A stretch of DNA of 64,000 bases, taken from Acidimicrobiia bacterium (GTDB taxonomy: Bacteria > Actinomycetota > Acidimicrobiia > Spongiisociales > UBA5794). The DNA is taken from contig QJWC01000116.1 of the NCBI GenBank assembly GCA_003235475.1, positions 29 through 64,028 on the forward strand, in the 5' to 3' direction. Below, piece by piece: positions 1 to 9,940 of the stretch; within the stretch, counting starts at the first letter, position 1, and each line of letters opens with the position of its first letter. The notes under the pieces are model-generated. The model was given only the letters and a program-made list of their open reading frames with translations. It ran no database searches and had not been told where the DNA came from. A program made the position numbers and the translations under genes.

Positions 1-1406
1 CCTACGGCATCATCGCTTATCAGGAACAGGTGATGCAGACGGCCCAGCGCATCGCCGGGTTCTCGATGATCGATGCCGACGGCCTCCGCAAGGCGATGGG
101 CAAGAAGATCCCCTCGGTCATGAAGCAGCAGCAGAAGAAGTTCGTCGCTGGCTGCGTCGCGAACGGGTACACGGACGATCTCGCGCAGGACCTCTTCGGG
201 TTCATCGAGCACTTCGCCGGTTACGGCTTCAACAAGAGCCATTCGGCTGCCTACGCATACATCGCGTATCAGACCGCGTGGCTCAAGGTTCACTTCCCGG
301 CGGAGTACATGGCTGCCCTGCTGACGTCCGTCAAGTCGAACAAGGACAAGACAGCGCAGTACCTGCACGAGTGCAGGATGATGGGAATCCCGGTGCTCGT
401 CCCGGGTGTCAACGTGTCCGGCATCGACTTCATCGCGCACGAGGGCGCCATCACGTTCGGGCTGTCGGCGGTGCGCAATGTCGGGGAGGCAGTCACGGAC
501 CTGATCGTCCAGGAACGCACGGCAAACGGACCGTTCACTTCGTTCTTCGACTTCCTCGACCGCGTCGACGTCCAGGTGCTCAACAAGCGGACCATCGAGT
601 CGATGATCAAGGCGGGGGCGTTCGACTCTCTCGGCTACAGCCGTCGCGGCCTGATCGAGGCCGCGTACAAGGTGATCGACGAGACGATCGCTCGCAGGCG
701 TGCGGAGGAGGCTGGCCAGTACAGCCTCTTCGGTGGCGGCACCGAGAGTGTGGCGGTCGGTACCGAGGAAGTCCCCGAGCACGAGTGGGACAAGAAGGTG
801 CGGCTGGCCTTCGAGAAGGAGATGCTCGGCCTGTACATCTCCGACCATCCGCTGTTCGGCCTCGAACGAGCCCTCGAGACGATGACGGACAGCAGCGTCC
901 CGGGATTGTGGGACAAGGAGGACCGCTCGCAAGCAACGGTTGCGGGAGTGATCGGTGCGCTCAACCGGAGGTACACCCGCAACGGTGAGCCGATGGTCTA
1001 CTTCTCAGTCGAGGACCTCCAAGGCTCGATCGAAGCGGTTGCCTTCCCGAAGGTGGTGGCGGAGTTCGGGCCGATGATCCGCGAGGACGCGGTCGTCGTG
1101 GTCAGGGGACGTGTCGATCATCGTGGTGACGATGTGAAGCTGATCGTTCAGGGCATCACCGAGCCCGACCTGTCGTCCGAGCGCAGCGTCCGCGTGAGGG
1201 TCCCGGCATCGCACCTTTCGCCGACTGTCGTCGACAGGCTCAAGCTGGTGCTCGCGAACCACCCGGGCACATCACCGGTCTACATCCACATGGAAGGTGA
1301 CAGCGGCGAGAGGGTCCTGCGTGTGGGGCCCGAGCACATGGTGAACCCCAGGTCGAGCCTCTTCGCAGAGTTACAGGAGCTGTTCGGTCCCGCGTCCGTT
1401 TTCTAA
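1..1406 (+). CDS. dnaE: DNA polymerase III alpha subunit, C-terminal part (5' end outside window)
   Basis: ADGLRKAMGKK, FAGYGFNKSHSAAY, FEKEMLGLYISDHPL motifs and C-terminal OB fold. Confidence 0.97.
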   Translation, partial: YGIIAYQEQVMQTAQRIAGFSMIDADGLRKAMGKKIPSVMKQQQKKFVAGCVANGYTDDLAQDLFGFIEHFAGYGFNKSHSAAYAYIAYQTAWLKVHFPAEYMAALLTSVKSNKDKTAQYLHECRMMGIPVLVPGVNVSGIDFIAHEGAITFGLSAVRNVGEAVTDLIVQERTANGPFTSFFDFLDRVDVQVLNKRTIESMIKAGAFDSLGYSRRGLIEAAYKVIDETIARRRAEEAGQYSLFGGGTESVAVGTEEVPEHEWDKKVRLAFEKEMLGLYISDHPLFGLERALETMTDSSVPGLWDKEDRSQATVAGVIGALNRRYTRNGEPMVYFSVEDLQGSIEAVAFPKVVAEFGPMIREDAVVVVRGRVDHRGDDVKLIVQGITEPDLSSERSVRVRVPASHLSPTVVDRLKLVLANHPGTSPVYIHMEGDSGERVLRVGPEHMVNPRSSLFAELQELFGPASVF

Positions 1407-2434
1407 ACCTCCAACCCCGTACTGCGGACGAGGTCGGCGATCTCCACCAAGGACGTCGGCGGGGGAGTGACCCACGGGATGCGATACACGGGCACCTTGT
1501 GGCGAACCTCGAGCTCGGCTGCGGCCTCGGCTTGGCGATGGGCTTCAGCGCCCCAGTTCGACAGGTTGGCGGCGAGCGCTGCAAGCCTGTCCCTTCCGAC
1601 TGCGACCGCCGGGGCCGGCGCATCATCCGCCCACTGTCGGGGCAACGCCCGGTTGAACAAGATCGCGGACGGTCGGATCCGCACGTCGTCGAGCTCCCTG
1701 AAGAATCGCTCGGTCTCGTGGATGGGCGTCGGATCAGCCGTCGTCGCGACAAGCGTGGTCGCCTCCCTGAGGTGGCGGTCGATGGTGCGAGCCCTCACAG
1801 AGAGCGTGTCATACATGGTGCGGAGGTCGAGGAGGAAGTCCGCGACATCTGACAACATCGGGCCGCCGAGCACCGAATCGACGAGCCGGAGCATCGGCCG
1901 AGCCGTGATCCGATACAGAACGCTCCGACCGGGAACGCGGGATCCGGTGAGGAGGCGCAAGAGCTTGCCCGAGATGAGGTCGCGCGTTGCCGCAGGTGCT
2001 CGGTAGAAGTCGATACCCCCACCCGATGGCGGGGTGTCGACGACGACGACGTCGAAGCGCCCGGACTCGACGTACTCGGCCATGCGTTCGCCAGCCGCGA
2101 ACGATTGCGCCGCGGGGAATCGATCGGCGATCGCGCGGAAATATGGGTTCACGAGGAGCCGGTCTGCCACCTCGGGTTGGGCGTATCGATGGATGATCGC
2201 CTCCCACGATGCCGACACGTCCAGCATCGCGGCGTGGAGATGTGCATCGCCGCGAACCGGTTGGGGGTCACTCCCGAGATGCTCGAGTCCGAGCGCGTCT
2301 GCAAGGCGGCGTGCCGGGTCGATCGTGATCACGAGCGCGGTGCGGCCGGCAGCAGCATGGGCGCTCGCGATGCCCGCGCTCAACGTGGTCTTGCCGACGC
2401 CGCCAGCCCCGGTCACGACGATCGTCCTGGTCAT
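1403..2434 (-). CDS. ArsA/Get3-family anion-transporting ATPase-like protein
   Basis: GAGGVGKTT P-loop, TIDPARRLADALG, VVVDTPP. Confidence 0.9.
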   Translation of the reverse strand: MTRTIVVTGAGGVGKTTLSAGIASAHAAAGRTALVITIDPARRLADALGLEHLGSDPQPVRGDAHLHAAMLDVSASWEAIIHRYAQPEVADRLLVNPYFRAIADRFPAAQSFAAGERMAEYVESGRFDVVVVDTPPSGGGIDFYRAPAATRDLISGKLLRLLTGSRVPGRSVLYRITARPMLRLVDSVLGGPMLSDVADFLLDLRTMYDTLSVRARTIDRHLREATTLVATTADPTPIHETERFFRELDDVRIRPSAILFNRALPRQWADDAPAPAVAVGRDRLAALAANLSNWGAEAHRQAEAAAELEVRHKVPVYRIPWVTPPPTSLVEIADLVRSTGLEV

Positions 2435-3303
2435 TCCGCCGCCGCCTGACCCGCGCCGAGTTCATCGGCGATCAGCGTTGCGACCTCACCCGGTGTGTGA
2501 ACACCTCTGAGGAACGGAAGTGCGATGTTCGGCGGGAGTTCTGAGATCCACCGACGCTGATATTCCTCGATCGACAGCTGCAGCCTCGCGGCGTCACGGA
2601 GCGAGCCTTCCGGGAGCGGCTCTATGTCTTCGGCGCCGAACCCGGCGTGCGGAACCACGCGGTTTGCGATCACCGAAGGAGGCGCGGTCAGCTCCTCGGA
2701 ATTGATCGCTTCGATCGCCCCACGCGTCTCAGCCGTCGCGAGCTCCGACGGCGTGGTGACGAGCATCACGCTGCACACGTCCGGGTCCGTGAGCGTGTCG
2801 ACGAGGCGCTCTGCCTGTCGCCGCACGGTCCCAGACGGGGCAAGGCCAGCGATCGTGCCTGGCCCGTGCAGGTACGACTGGAACTGGCCGAGTGAAGGGG
2901 CGTCGACGATCACGGCGTCCCACCGGCCGGACCACGACTCGTAGATCGGCTTACCGATGCTGATGATCTCCCTGACGCCGGGAGCCGTCTCCACGAGCAC
3001 GGAGAGCGCTCGGGCCAGCTGACGGGTCGGCGATCCTTGCGGGACGTGAAGTTGGAGTTTCAGATACTCGTCGAGGGCGCGTGCCCTGTCGATCTCCATG
3101 GCAAACAGCCCCGGTCGAACCTCGACGGGCGCGTATCCAAGGTCCGTCCGTCGCAGGTGCGAGGCGAGCCCGAGCCCTCCGCCCATGTCGACGCACAGGA
3201 CGCGCTCGCCTGCCCTTGCGCGCACGAGGCCGATTGCCGCAGCGACGGCCGATTTGCCGGTGCCGCCCTTTCCGGACACGAAGATGAGCGGTTTGTGAAG
3301 CAC
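2431..3303 (-). CDS. ArsA/Get3-family ATPase-like protein (partner of the adjacent gene)
   Basis: SGKGGTGKS deviant Walker A, IVDAPSLG; GTG start 6 nt after TAGCCT; 4-bp overlap with downstream paralog. Confidence 0.88.
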   Translation of the reverse strand: MLHKPLIFVSGKGGTGKSAVAAAIGLVRARAGERVLCVDMGGGLGLASHLRRTDLGYAPVEVRPGLFAMEIDRARALDEYLKLQLHVPQGSPTRQLARALSVLVETAPGVREIISIGKPIYESWSGRWDAVIVDAPSLGQFQSYLHGPGTIAGLAPSGTVRRQAERLVDTLTDPDVCSVMLVTTPSELATAETRGAIEAINSEELTAPPSVIANRVVPHAGFGAEDIEPLPEGSLRDAARLQLSIEEYQRRWISELPPNIALPFLRGVHTPGEVATLIADELGAGQAAAE

Positions 3304-3379
3304 GGTCTGAGGCTAGTTTCGGTACCGCAAGCGAAATATCAGGTGCCGACGTGGGGCACCGCTGGAGGAGGAGTCGCCC

Positions 3380-3592
3380 GTGGCCCAGCTCGACATGGAT
3401 GCTTTCCTGAAACGGTTCGCCGATCGTGCAACCGCGGTGAAGGAACGAGGTGTGCCACCACTCGAAGGGGCGGCCCGCAAGAGGTTCATCGAGGCAGCGA
3501 ACCAGGATTTCGTCGACTACTCACTCATCGCGAGCGCGAGCTGGTCGGTCGAGGACGAACGTCTGGTGCTTCGGATCCCGCTGTCAGGCTGA
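3380..3592 (+). CDS. small hypothetical protein (70 aa)
   Basis: strong GGAGGAGGAG RBS before GTG; fills intergenic gap; typical codon usage. Confidence 0.7.
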   Translation: MAQLDMDAFLKRFADRATAVKERGVPPLEGAARKRFIEAANQDFVDYSLIASASWSVEDERLVLRIPLSG

Positions 3593-5239
3593 CGGTTCGG
3601 CGATACCGAGGACCGCTCGCTTCGCTGCGGCCTTTCGCTCCGATTCGATGCGAGCCAGTTCGTAGTCCTCGTGATCCACATAGGACATCGAGTCTGCGAT
3701 TCGTGAATGGCCCGCGACTTCGCGGATTTGGTCGTGCATGGCCTGGCATACGCGCCGGTAGTCGGGATGGCCACCTTGTTGGGTTCGGAGTTCGAGCATG
3801 TGCATCGCCTCGCGGGCGTTCATCTTCATGGAGAAGCGGACGTTGTTCGCAAACGGCACGACGTATTGGGCGACCGTCGGATCGATCTTCTCGCTGATCG
3901 ACGCATGGAGGCGCCCGAGCCGCGCGATCGTACGGTCCCACACGTCGACCGCACCGATGTCGCCTATCGACGGAGGTGTGATGTAGCCATGTTCCGGGCT
4001 CAGCGTCTGCCATTCGAGCGTCATCATCCTGTGGCGCTGGAGGTCTCTGAAGATCCCGTAGTCGCACAGCACGTCGAATCGGTAGAACGTCTCCTCGAAG
4101 GCGCGGCCGGGTTTGTGCCGCCTGTTGCTCCGCGAACCGACGTACGCGTCGAAAACGCGGGTGACCTCGTCCTCGGACATCGTCGATACGAGGTCACGGA
4201 TCTGCGCCTCCGGCAGGTTGGATCCCGCGTACAGCGCTGCCGCAGCGACCTTTCGCTCGCCGTCCGGGTCGAAGTCGACGAGCGTCACGGTCGGCGCAGG
4301 AGCGGGCTGGGCTTCGAGCGAGGCTGCGAGCGCCTGCATCGCTGACGCGTTCGTCGCGAGGTACTCGGACCATGCGCCGCCCCGGTCGGGAAGGTCGACC
4401 CGCTTCATGAACGACGGGATCACCTTGCGGAGTTCGCCGAGCATCTCCCGCCCGAACCACCTGACCTCTGACAGCGGGTGGGCCTCCATGCGAAGAAGAA
4501 GGCCCTCGTACGCCTGGCCAGAGCCGAAGATCCCGACGTTCGACAGCGTCGACGCAGGAAGGAGTCCTCTGGCGTCGTCGCACGCCTTCGCCCTGATGGA
4601 CGACTTCCACACGAAGTTCGAGTCGCCCTCTTGCTTCGGGAACAAGGTCTCGTAGTACGTCACGAGCTGTGCGACGACCTTGCTGTACGTGTCGAAGACA
4701 GCGGTCATCTCGTCGCGGTACACGGGGCCGATTCCGGCCTCGACGATCTCCGTGGGGATTTGGAACCGATAGCGGTCGCCGAGATGTTTGTCGTAGAAGA
4801 TGTACCGCGTCGACTGCTCGAGGTAGGACGCGAGCCTTCCCCATTCGAGAACCTTGGTCAGGATGTTCGACGCCTGCTCGACTGCCAGATGTGCTCCTGC
4901 GAGCTGTGCAACCGAGTCGTCCCCGTACTGTGTGAACACACGGTCGTAGAGCTGCTCGGCACGAGCCACCCCCACCCTGTCCGCACCTTCCGGCTGGGAT
5001 GCGATGGCGCCGATCCCGGCGTCCGCGTCGCCGACGAACTCGTCGAGAAAGAGTCTGCGAATCGATTTGTCAGACCTGCTGTAGCGGGAGAAGAGGGCTC
5101 CCTTGACGACCTCTGGCAGCCCTCGAAGCGCGAAGACCGGCGAATCGAGGTTCGTGAAGAACGGTGCGAGCACAGCCTCTTCGTCCGGCGTGAACGCCTC
5201 GACGTAGAACGGGGGAGCGGGATAGGAATCGTGCGTCAC
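3584..5239 (-). CDS. thyX: FAD-dependent thymidylate synthase, long tandem-domain form (~551 aa)
   Basis: ALFSRYSRS, YGDDSVAQL, LEQSTRY, FRDLQRHRM, ELRTQQGGHPDYR; start set at GTG (VTHDSY). Confidence 0.88.
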   Translation of the reverse strand: MTHDSYPAPPFYVEAFTPDEEAVLAPFFTNLDSPVFALRGLPEVVKGALFSRYSRSDKSIRRLFLDEFVGDADAGIGAIASQPEGADRVGVARAEQLYDRVFTQYGDDSVAQLAGAHLAVEQASNILTKVLEWGRLASYLEQSTRYIFYDKHLGDRYRFQIPTEIVEAGIGPVYRDEMTAVFDTYSKVVAQLVTYYETLFPKQEGDSNFVWKSSIRAKACDDARGLLPASTLSNVGIFGSGQAYEGLLLRMEAHPLSEVRWFGREMLGELRKVIPSFMKRVDLPDRGGAWSEYLATNASAMQALAASLEAQPAPAPTVTLVDFDPDGERKVAAAALYAGSNLPEAQIRDLVSTMSEDEVTRVFDAYVGSRSNRRHKPGRAFEETFYRFDVLCDYGIFRDLQRHRMMTLEWQTLSPEHGYITPPSIGDIGAVDVWDRTIARLGRLHASISEKIDPTVAQYVVPFANNVRFSMKMNAREAMHMLELRTQQGGHPDYRRVCQAMHDQIREVAGHSRIADSMSYVDHEDYELARIESERKAAAKRAVLGIAEPSA

Positions 5240-5318
5240 GGGGCGTGTGTCCTCACGCGCCGCACCGTACACATGGCGCGTTCCGTGGGCAAAGCTCTGC
5301 CGCAGGTAGCCTCGACGC

Positions 5319-5588
5319 ATGGCGTTTCTCAGGTTCGCCCTCGGGGTGCTGATCGCGCTCGGCGTGGTGGTCGTTCTCGTTCCGGCGGTGGTGCTCATCG
5401 ATCTCGTCGCTGGCGGAACGGGCCTCGGGCTCTGCCCGAATGGTCTCGGCACGTGCGACACCTCGGTGTTCACCATCTCTGAGCTGGCGATGATCCTCGG
5501 CGTCGCCACCGGCGTGGTCGGCGCCGGAATCGCCGTGTGTGTTCGATCCCTCCGAGCCCTCGAGCGGCGGACCCCGGCGGGCAGCTGA
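5319..5588 (+). CDS. small two-TM membrane protein with a Cys pair in the loop
   Basis: two hydrophobic segments flanking LCPNGLGTC; TAGCCT 6 nt before ATG. Confidence 0.65.
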   Translation: MAFLRFALGVLIALGVVVVLVPAVVLIDLVAGGTGLGLCPNGLGTCDTSVFTISELAMILGVATGVVGAGIAVCVRSLRALERRTPAGS

Positions 5589-5628
5589 GGCACTCCCCGG
5601 GGTGCCGGCGCGGGTACGCTCTTGCCCC

Positions 5629-6063
5629 ATGGAGTCATTCGAGGATCGAGAAGATTCGGTCGTTCTCCCGCTGCGGGATCGCATGCCCGACTACCTCGCG
5701 GTGTTCGGCATAGGGCTTGCGGCATGCGTCGCCGTGGGCGTGGTGATCTGGCTGATCTCGGACGTCACGCTCGCGTCGGCCGTCGGCTACACGACCATCC
5801 TCTACGGCGTCATCCTCGGACTCGCGGGCGGTGCGACGGGCGGTGGCTACACGAGCCTCGGCATGGGCGCGGTAGGGGCGATGTTCGGGTCACGCCGAAC
5901 CGACGAATCCGCTGGAGGGCCCGGGAGTGGAGGGGCGAGTTTGGACCCTCACGAGCGCCTTCGCAGGGGCCTTCGGCCCGAAGCGAACCCGAGGGCCTTC
6001 TGGCAGGTCATCGCGGCCGTCTCCTACCTCGTCATCGGACTCGGAATCGTGAATCTGGGGTAG
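5629..6063 (+). CDS. hypothetical membrane protein
   Basis: ~3 hydrophobic segments; TACGCT upstream of ATG (MESFEDRE). Confidence 0.65.
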   Translation: MESFEDREDSVVLPLRDRMPDYLAVFGIGLAACVAVGVVIWLISDVTLASAVGYTTILYGVILGLAGGATGGGYTSLGMGAVGAMFGSRRTDESAGGPGSGGASLDPHERLRRGLRPEANPRAFWQVIAAVSYLVIGLGIVNLG

Positions 6064-6070
6064 GGGCGCC

Positions 6071-6529
6071 TCACGTCGAGGAGCCTCCGGCCAGCTCGGC
6101 CGTGAACTCCTCGGCGATCATGAACAAACCTTCGGATTGCGCGACCACAGTGTCCCCATCGATCATCGACGCCTCGATCACCAGCCGTCTGCCGCGGCGC
6201 TCTGTGACCTCGCCGCGCATGGTGAACGACCGAGAGGCCCTTGCTTGCTTTCGGTAGCGGATCTCGAGCTTGGCGGTGAACACCAGGACGCCGTGATCGA
6301 GCATCGCCGCCCATGCCGAGATCTCGTCGAGGGCCGTCGCGACCACGCCGCCGTGGAGCGTGTCGTCGAAGCCCGCGTACTCGGGTCGCGGGATGAACGG
6401 TGCCTCGACAGCGCCGTCACGATGCGCGAACCCGTCGAGCTGAAGACCGAGCGGGTTGTTGATTCCGCATCCGAAGCAGTCTCCGTAACGAGCCCTGAGT
6501 CGGTTCACATGGGCGATGTCGATGGTCAC
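6071..6529 (-). CDS. PaaI-family (hotdog) thioesterase
   Basis: CFGCGINNPLGL, HGGVVATALDE, TAKLEIRYRK. Confidence 0.88.
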   Translation of the reverse strand: MTIDIAHVNRLRARYGDCFGCGINNPLGLQLDGFAHRDGAVEAPFIPRPEYAGFDDTLHGGVVATALDEISAWAAMLDHGVLVFTAKLEIRYRKQARASRSFTMRGEVTERRGRRLVIEASMIDGDTVVAQSEGLFMIAEEFTAELAGGSST

Positions 6530-6555
6530 GGGCGGTCCTCGTCGCGTCGCGTCAG

Positions 6556-6577
6556 CGTCGCACCCTACCGGTAGCAT
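6556..6577 (+). promoter_or_regulatory. putative PafBC/RecA-NDp-type DNA-damage promoter of nth
   Basis: CGTCGC-N10-TAGCAT, 9 nt before the ATG. Confidence 0.5.
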
Positions 6578-6586
6578 CGCCAGTCC

Positions 6587-7258
6587 ATGGCTTCGGATCC
6601 GAACGCACCCACCACCGAGGAGAAGCGAAACGCTCGCGTGATCCTCCGCAGGCTCATCAAGCGCTATCCGCAGATGAAGACAGCGCTCGAATACGAGAAC
6701 GCCTGGCAACTGCTCGTGGCGACGGTGATGTCGGCCCAGACCACGGACGAGAACGTGAACAAGGTTGCGCCGACGCTCTTCGAGAGGTATCCGACGCCTG
6801 AGGACCTTGCCGCCGCTAACCCCGAGGATGTCGAGGAGATCATCTTCTCGACGGGGTTCTACCGCCAGAAGACGAAGAGCGTGATCGCCCTCTCCGCTGA
6901 CCTCGTCGAGCGGTTCGGGGGCGAGGTGCCCCGTGATCTCGACGCGCTCACGGAGCTTCGCGGGGTCGGGCGGAAGACCGCGTCCGTGGTGCTCGCCGAA
7001 GTGTGGGGGACGCCTGCAATTGCCGTCGACACCCATGTCAGCCGGGTCACGAACCGGCTCGGCATCGTCGATTCGAAGGATCCGGTCAACGCGGAGTTCC
7101 GGTTGCGCTCCCTGTACCTGAAGAAGGATTGGCCGGAGATCTCGATGCGGTTCATCCAGTTCGGCAGGGACGTGTGTGATGCCCGCAGGCCGCGCTGTTG
7201 GGAGTGCCCGCTACGTGATCGCTGTGCGTACGAACCAAAGGCCGTTCGCCCCTCGTGA
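6587..7258 (+). CDS. nth: endonuclease III
   Basis: HhH motif LRGVGRKTA, AVDTHV, Fe-S motif CDARRPRCWECPLRDRC. Confidence 0.97.
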   Translation: MASDPNAPTTEEKRNARVILRRLIKRYPQMKTALEYENAWQLLVATVMSAQTTDENVNKVAPTLFERYPTPEDLAAANPEDVEEIIFSTGFYRQKTKSVIALSADLVERFGGEVPRDLDALTELRGVGRKTASVVLAEVWGTPAIAVDTHVSRVTNRLGIVDSKDPVNAEFRLRSLYLKKDWPEISMRFIQFGRDVCDARRPRCWECPLRDRCAYEPKAVRPS

Positions 7259-8610
7259 TCAAGGAGATCCGATCCGCATTCGCTCGTCATCCGCGCGACC
7301 GTGCGATTGCGGCGTTGGCGGTTCCGGCGCTCGGAGCGCTCGCCATGGACCCTCTCGTGTCGATCATCGACACCGCCTGGGTCGGAAGGCTCGGGACGAA
7401 GGAACTCGCGGCGCTTGCGATCGCCAGCGCCGTCTTCGCAGCCGTGTTTTCCGTCTTCAACTTCGTCCACCTCGCGGTCACGCCGCTCGTCGCGGGGGAG
7501 GTCGGGCGGGGGGACACCAGGAGGGCAGGAGCGGTCGCCACCGCAGGACTGCTCGTGTCGGTCCTTGTCGGTCTCGTCGTGGCGATCGTGGCCATCGCGC
7601 TCGCATCGGTCATCGCCAACGCGTTCGGCGCGGACGCCGGAGTGTCAGGAGATGCCGCGAGTTACCTGCGGGTGCGCTTCCTGGCCCTTCCGGCGATGCT
7701 CGTCGCACTCGTCGGGCACGGCATCTACCGGGGCCACTCCGACACGAGGACGCCGCTGCGGGTGGCCTTCGTGATGAACGCCATCAACGTGGTGCTCGAT
7801 CCGCTGCTCATCTTCGGATTCGACCTCGGAGTCGTGGGTGCGGCATGGGCCACCGTCATCGCGCAGTATGTCGCGGCTGTCATGTTCGTTGTGATGATGT
7901 TCGTCACCCACAGGGAACGTCTCGGCATGACGACCGACCTCTCGAAGGCAAGGCCGCTCGGCGTCGGCGCGATCCTCAGCGGCGGATGGCCGCTCATGAT
8001 CCGCTCGGCTGCGCTGCTCACGGCGATCACGGCGTCGACGTTCGCGGCGACCCGCATCGGAACCGTCGAAGTGGCGGCGCACCAGATCGCGATGCAGGTG
8101 TGGTTGTTCCTCGCCTTCGTTCTCGACAGTTACGCGATCGCCGCACAGGCGATGGTTGGTACGGACCTCGGTGCCGGAAGGGTCGATGACGCCCGCTCGG
8201 TGTCCAACCGCCTTCTGGCGCTCGGTTTCATCACCGGTTCGATCATCTCGGTCGCGTGGATCGCCGCAAGTCCGTGGCTCGGCGCCGCCTTCGGCGCGGA
8301 GCCTCCTGTCGAATCCGTCCTACGCACGATCTATCCGATCGTGTGGGTGCTCCAGCCGATCACAGCCCTCGTCTATGTGTGGGACGGCATCGGCATCGGT
8401 GCAAGCGCATTCCGCTACTTGGCGGTGTCGATGGTCATCGCGGCCGTCGCGGCCGTCATGACGATGGCGGTCCTCGGCGATTCGCTCTTCGGCGTGTGGA
8501 TGGGCCTTGCGGTTCTCAGCTGTGCGCGGCTGGGTTCGTTCCTGTGGTGGCACCGGACGGGGCCTTTGGCGCGCGAACGAGGTCCATTGCCCGCGTCTCG
8601 GGCAGTCTGA
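7255..8610 (+). CDS. MATE family (DinF-like) efflux transporter
   Basis: IDTAWVGRLG, DTRTPL, NVVLDPLLIFG, AAHQIA; ~12 TM. Confidence 0.92.
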   Translation: MIKEIRSAFARHPRDRAIAALAVPALGALAMDPLVSIIDTAWVGRLGTKELAALAIASAVFAAVFSVFNFVHLAVTPLVAGEVGRGDTRRAGAVATAGLLVSVLVGLVVAIVAIALASVIANAFGADAGVSGDAASYLRVRFLALPAMLVALVGHGIYRGHSDTRTPLRVAFVMNAINVVLDPLLIFGFDLGVVGAAWATVIAQYVAAVMFVVMMFVTHRERLGMTTDLSKARPLGVGAILSGGWPLMIRSAALLTAITASTFAATRIGTVEVAAHQIAMQVWLFLAFVLDSYAIAAQAMVGTDLGAGRVDDARSVSNRLLALGFITGSIISVAWIAASPWLGAAFGAEPPVESVLRTIYPIVWVLQPITALVYVWDGIGIGASAFRYLAVSMVIAAVAAVMTMAVLGDSLFGVWMGLAVLSCARLGSFLWWHRTGPLARERGPLPASRAV

Positions 8611-9778
8611 GCACGAGGAAGATAGACGCGACCAGCCCGACGCTGAGCAGGGTCACGGTGAGCGGGAGCCCGATCCTGTCGATCAGAACCGCACCGATCC
8701 CGAAACCTGAGATCGACCCCAAGATTGCAGCGTTGGTGATCCAAGCATTCGCGGTCGCGCGGACCCTGGTGGGGAACAGCTCTGAGCGGTGCGCACCGAA
8801 GCTGGGGGTCAGCATCGTCGCCCCGAGGGTGGCGAGGAAGATCGCCGCGGCCAGGAACCAGCCGTTTTCGAGCATGTAGAAGCCGATCCCGCCGATGCCC
8901 CCGAGCGTGAGGGCTGCGACGGTCGTCGGGCGGCGGCCGTAGGTGTCAGCCGCCCGCCCGCCAATGAGAAGTCCGACCGTCCCTATGCCCGAGAACACGA
9001 TCAGGAGGAAGCGTGCTGCGCCGGTGTCCCAGGAGAGGTCGTGGATCATCCGCTCGAGCACGAAGTCGAACGCCGGGGACGAGAAGGCCGCAACGAAGAA
9101 GGACACGGCTGCGAGCGGCCAGAAGTGTTTCGAGAGTCCCATCCCGAGCGCCTTGAGGAACGGGATGCGCGGCGCGGGCACGAACGCACGGCTCTCCCCG
9201 AGGAAGCGGGACAGCAATGGCACGAAGAGGAGGCCGAGCGCGGCGAGTCCGAAGAGCACCCGCCACGCATTGTCGTTTCGTTCAGCGATGGGAAGGAGGA
9301 GCAGTCCGAGACCCACGCCGAGTGAACCGGCGAGGCCGAAAAGCCCGATTGCGAGCGCCCTGAGCCTCGGCTCGACTTGCTCGGCGATGAGGACGAGGGT
9401 CAGCGCGGCGAGTGCGACGAGGCACACCCGCACCAACGACTGGGAGACCGCGTAGGCAGCTGAACTCGGGATGAGGGCTGTCGCGAGGCTCCCCAACAGC
9501 AGCAGCGTGTACGACGCGAGGATCGGACGACGCCGGCCCTTCGTGTCAGCGACGATTGCAAAGGCGACCCCCGCGAGCGACACGGCCCTGACGATGGCGA
9601 ACAGCGCGCTCATCTGCCCTTCGGTCAACCCGAGGGCGTTTCGTGCAAACGGGAGCGTGTGTGCCATCTGGCTTCCGGCATACCCGGCGACGAAGGCGAT
9701 GATGGCGGTGAGGAATATCACACGACGATCGCTCGTCGAGAAGTGTGGTCGCGCGTGCGCAGTGGCGGATGCCGTCAT
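8516..9778 (-). CDS. MFS transporter
   Basis: ADTKGRRRP and ADTYGRRP motif A repeats, SELFPTRVRATA. Confidence 0.9.
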   Translation of the reverse strand: MTASATAHARPHFSTSDRRVIFLTAIIAFVAGYAGSQMAHTLPFARNALGLTEGQMSALFAIVRAVSLAGVAFAIVADTKGRRRPILASYTLLLLGSLATALIPSSAAYAVSQSLVRVCLVALAALTLVLIAEQVEPRLRALAIGLFGLAGSLGVGLGLLLLPIAERNDNAWRVLFGLAALGLLFVPLLSRFLGESRAFVPAPRIPFLKALGMGLSKHFWPLAAVSFFVAAFSSPAFDFVLERMIHDLSWDTGAARFLLIVFSGIGTVGLLIGGRAADTYGRRPTTVAALTLGGIGGIGFYMLENGWFLAAAIFLATLGATMLTPSFGAHRSELFPTRVRATANAWITNAAILGSISGFGIGAVLIDRIGLPLTVTLLSVGLVASIFLVLRLPETRAMDLVRAPKAPSGATTGTNPAAHS

Positions 9779-9940
9779 GAAAAGGGGGTCCGTTCCGGGC
9801 GGTCGGGCGGCAAGACTATCAGTGGTGTCCGAGTTGTCCGATGCAGGCTGATCGGGCGGACACGTCGGGTCCCCGCCAATCGGGGGAACACGGTGAACGC
9901 TCCTACCGTTGGTACGGCGACCGACCCATCAAGGACGGAC

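Noticed and set aside
5240-5725. N-terminal extension of the 713-aa thyX ORF
   Set aside because: Overlaps two plausible plus-strand genes and looks like GC-rich shadow sequence
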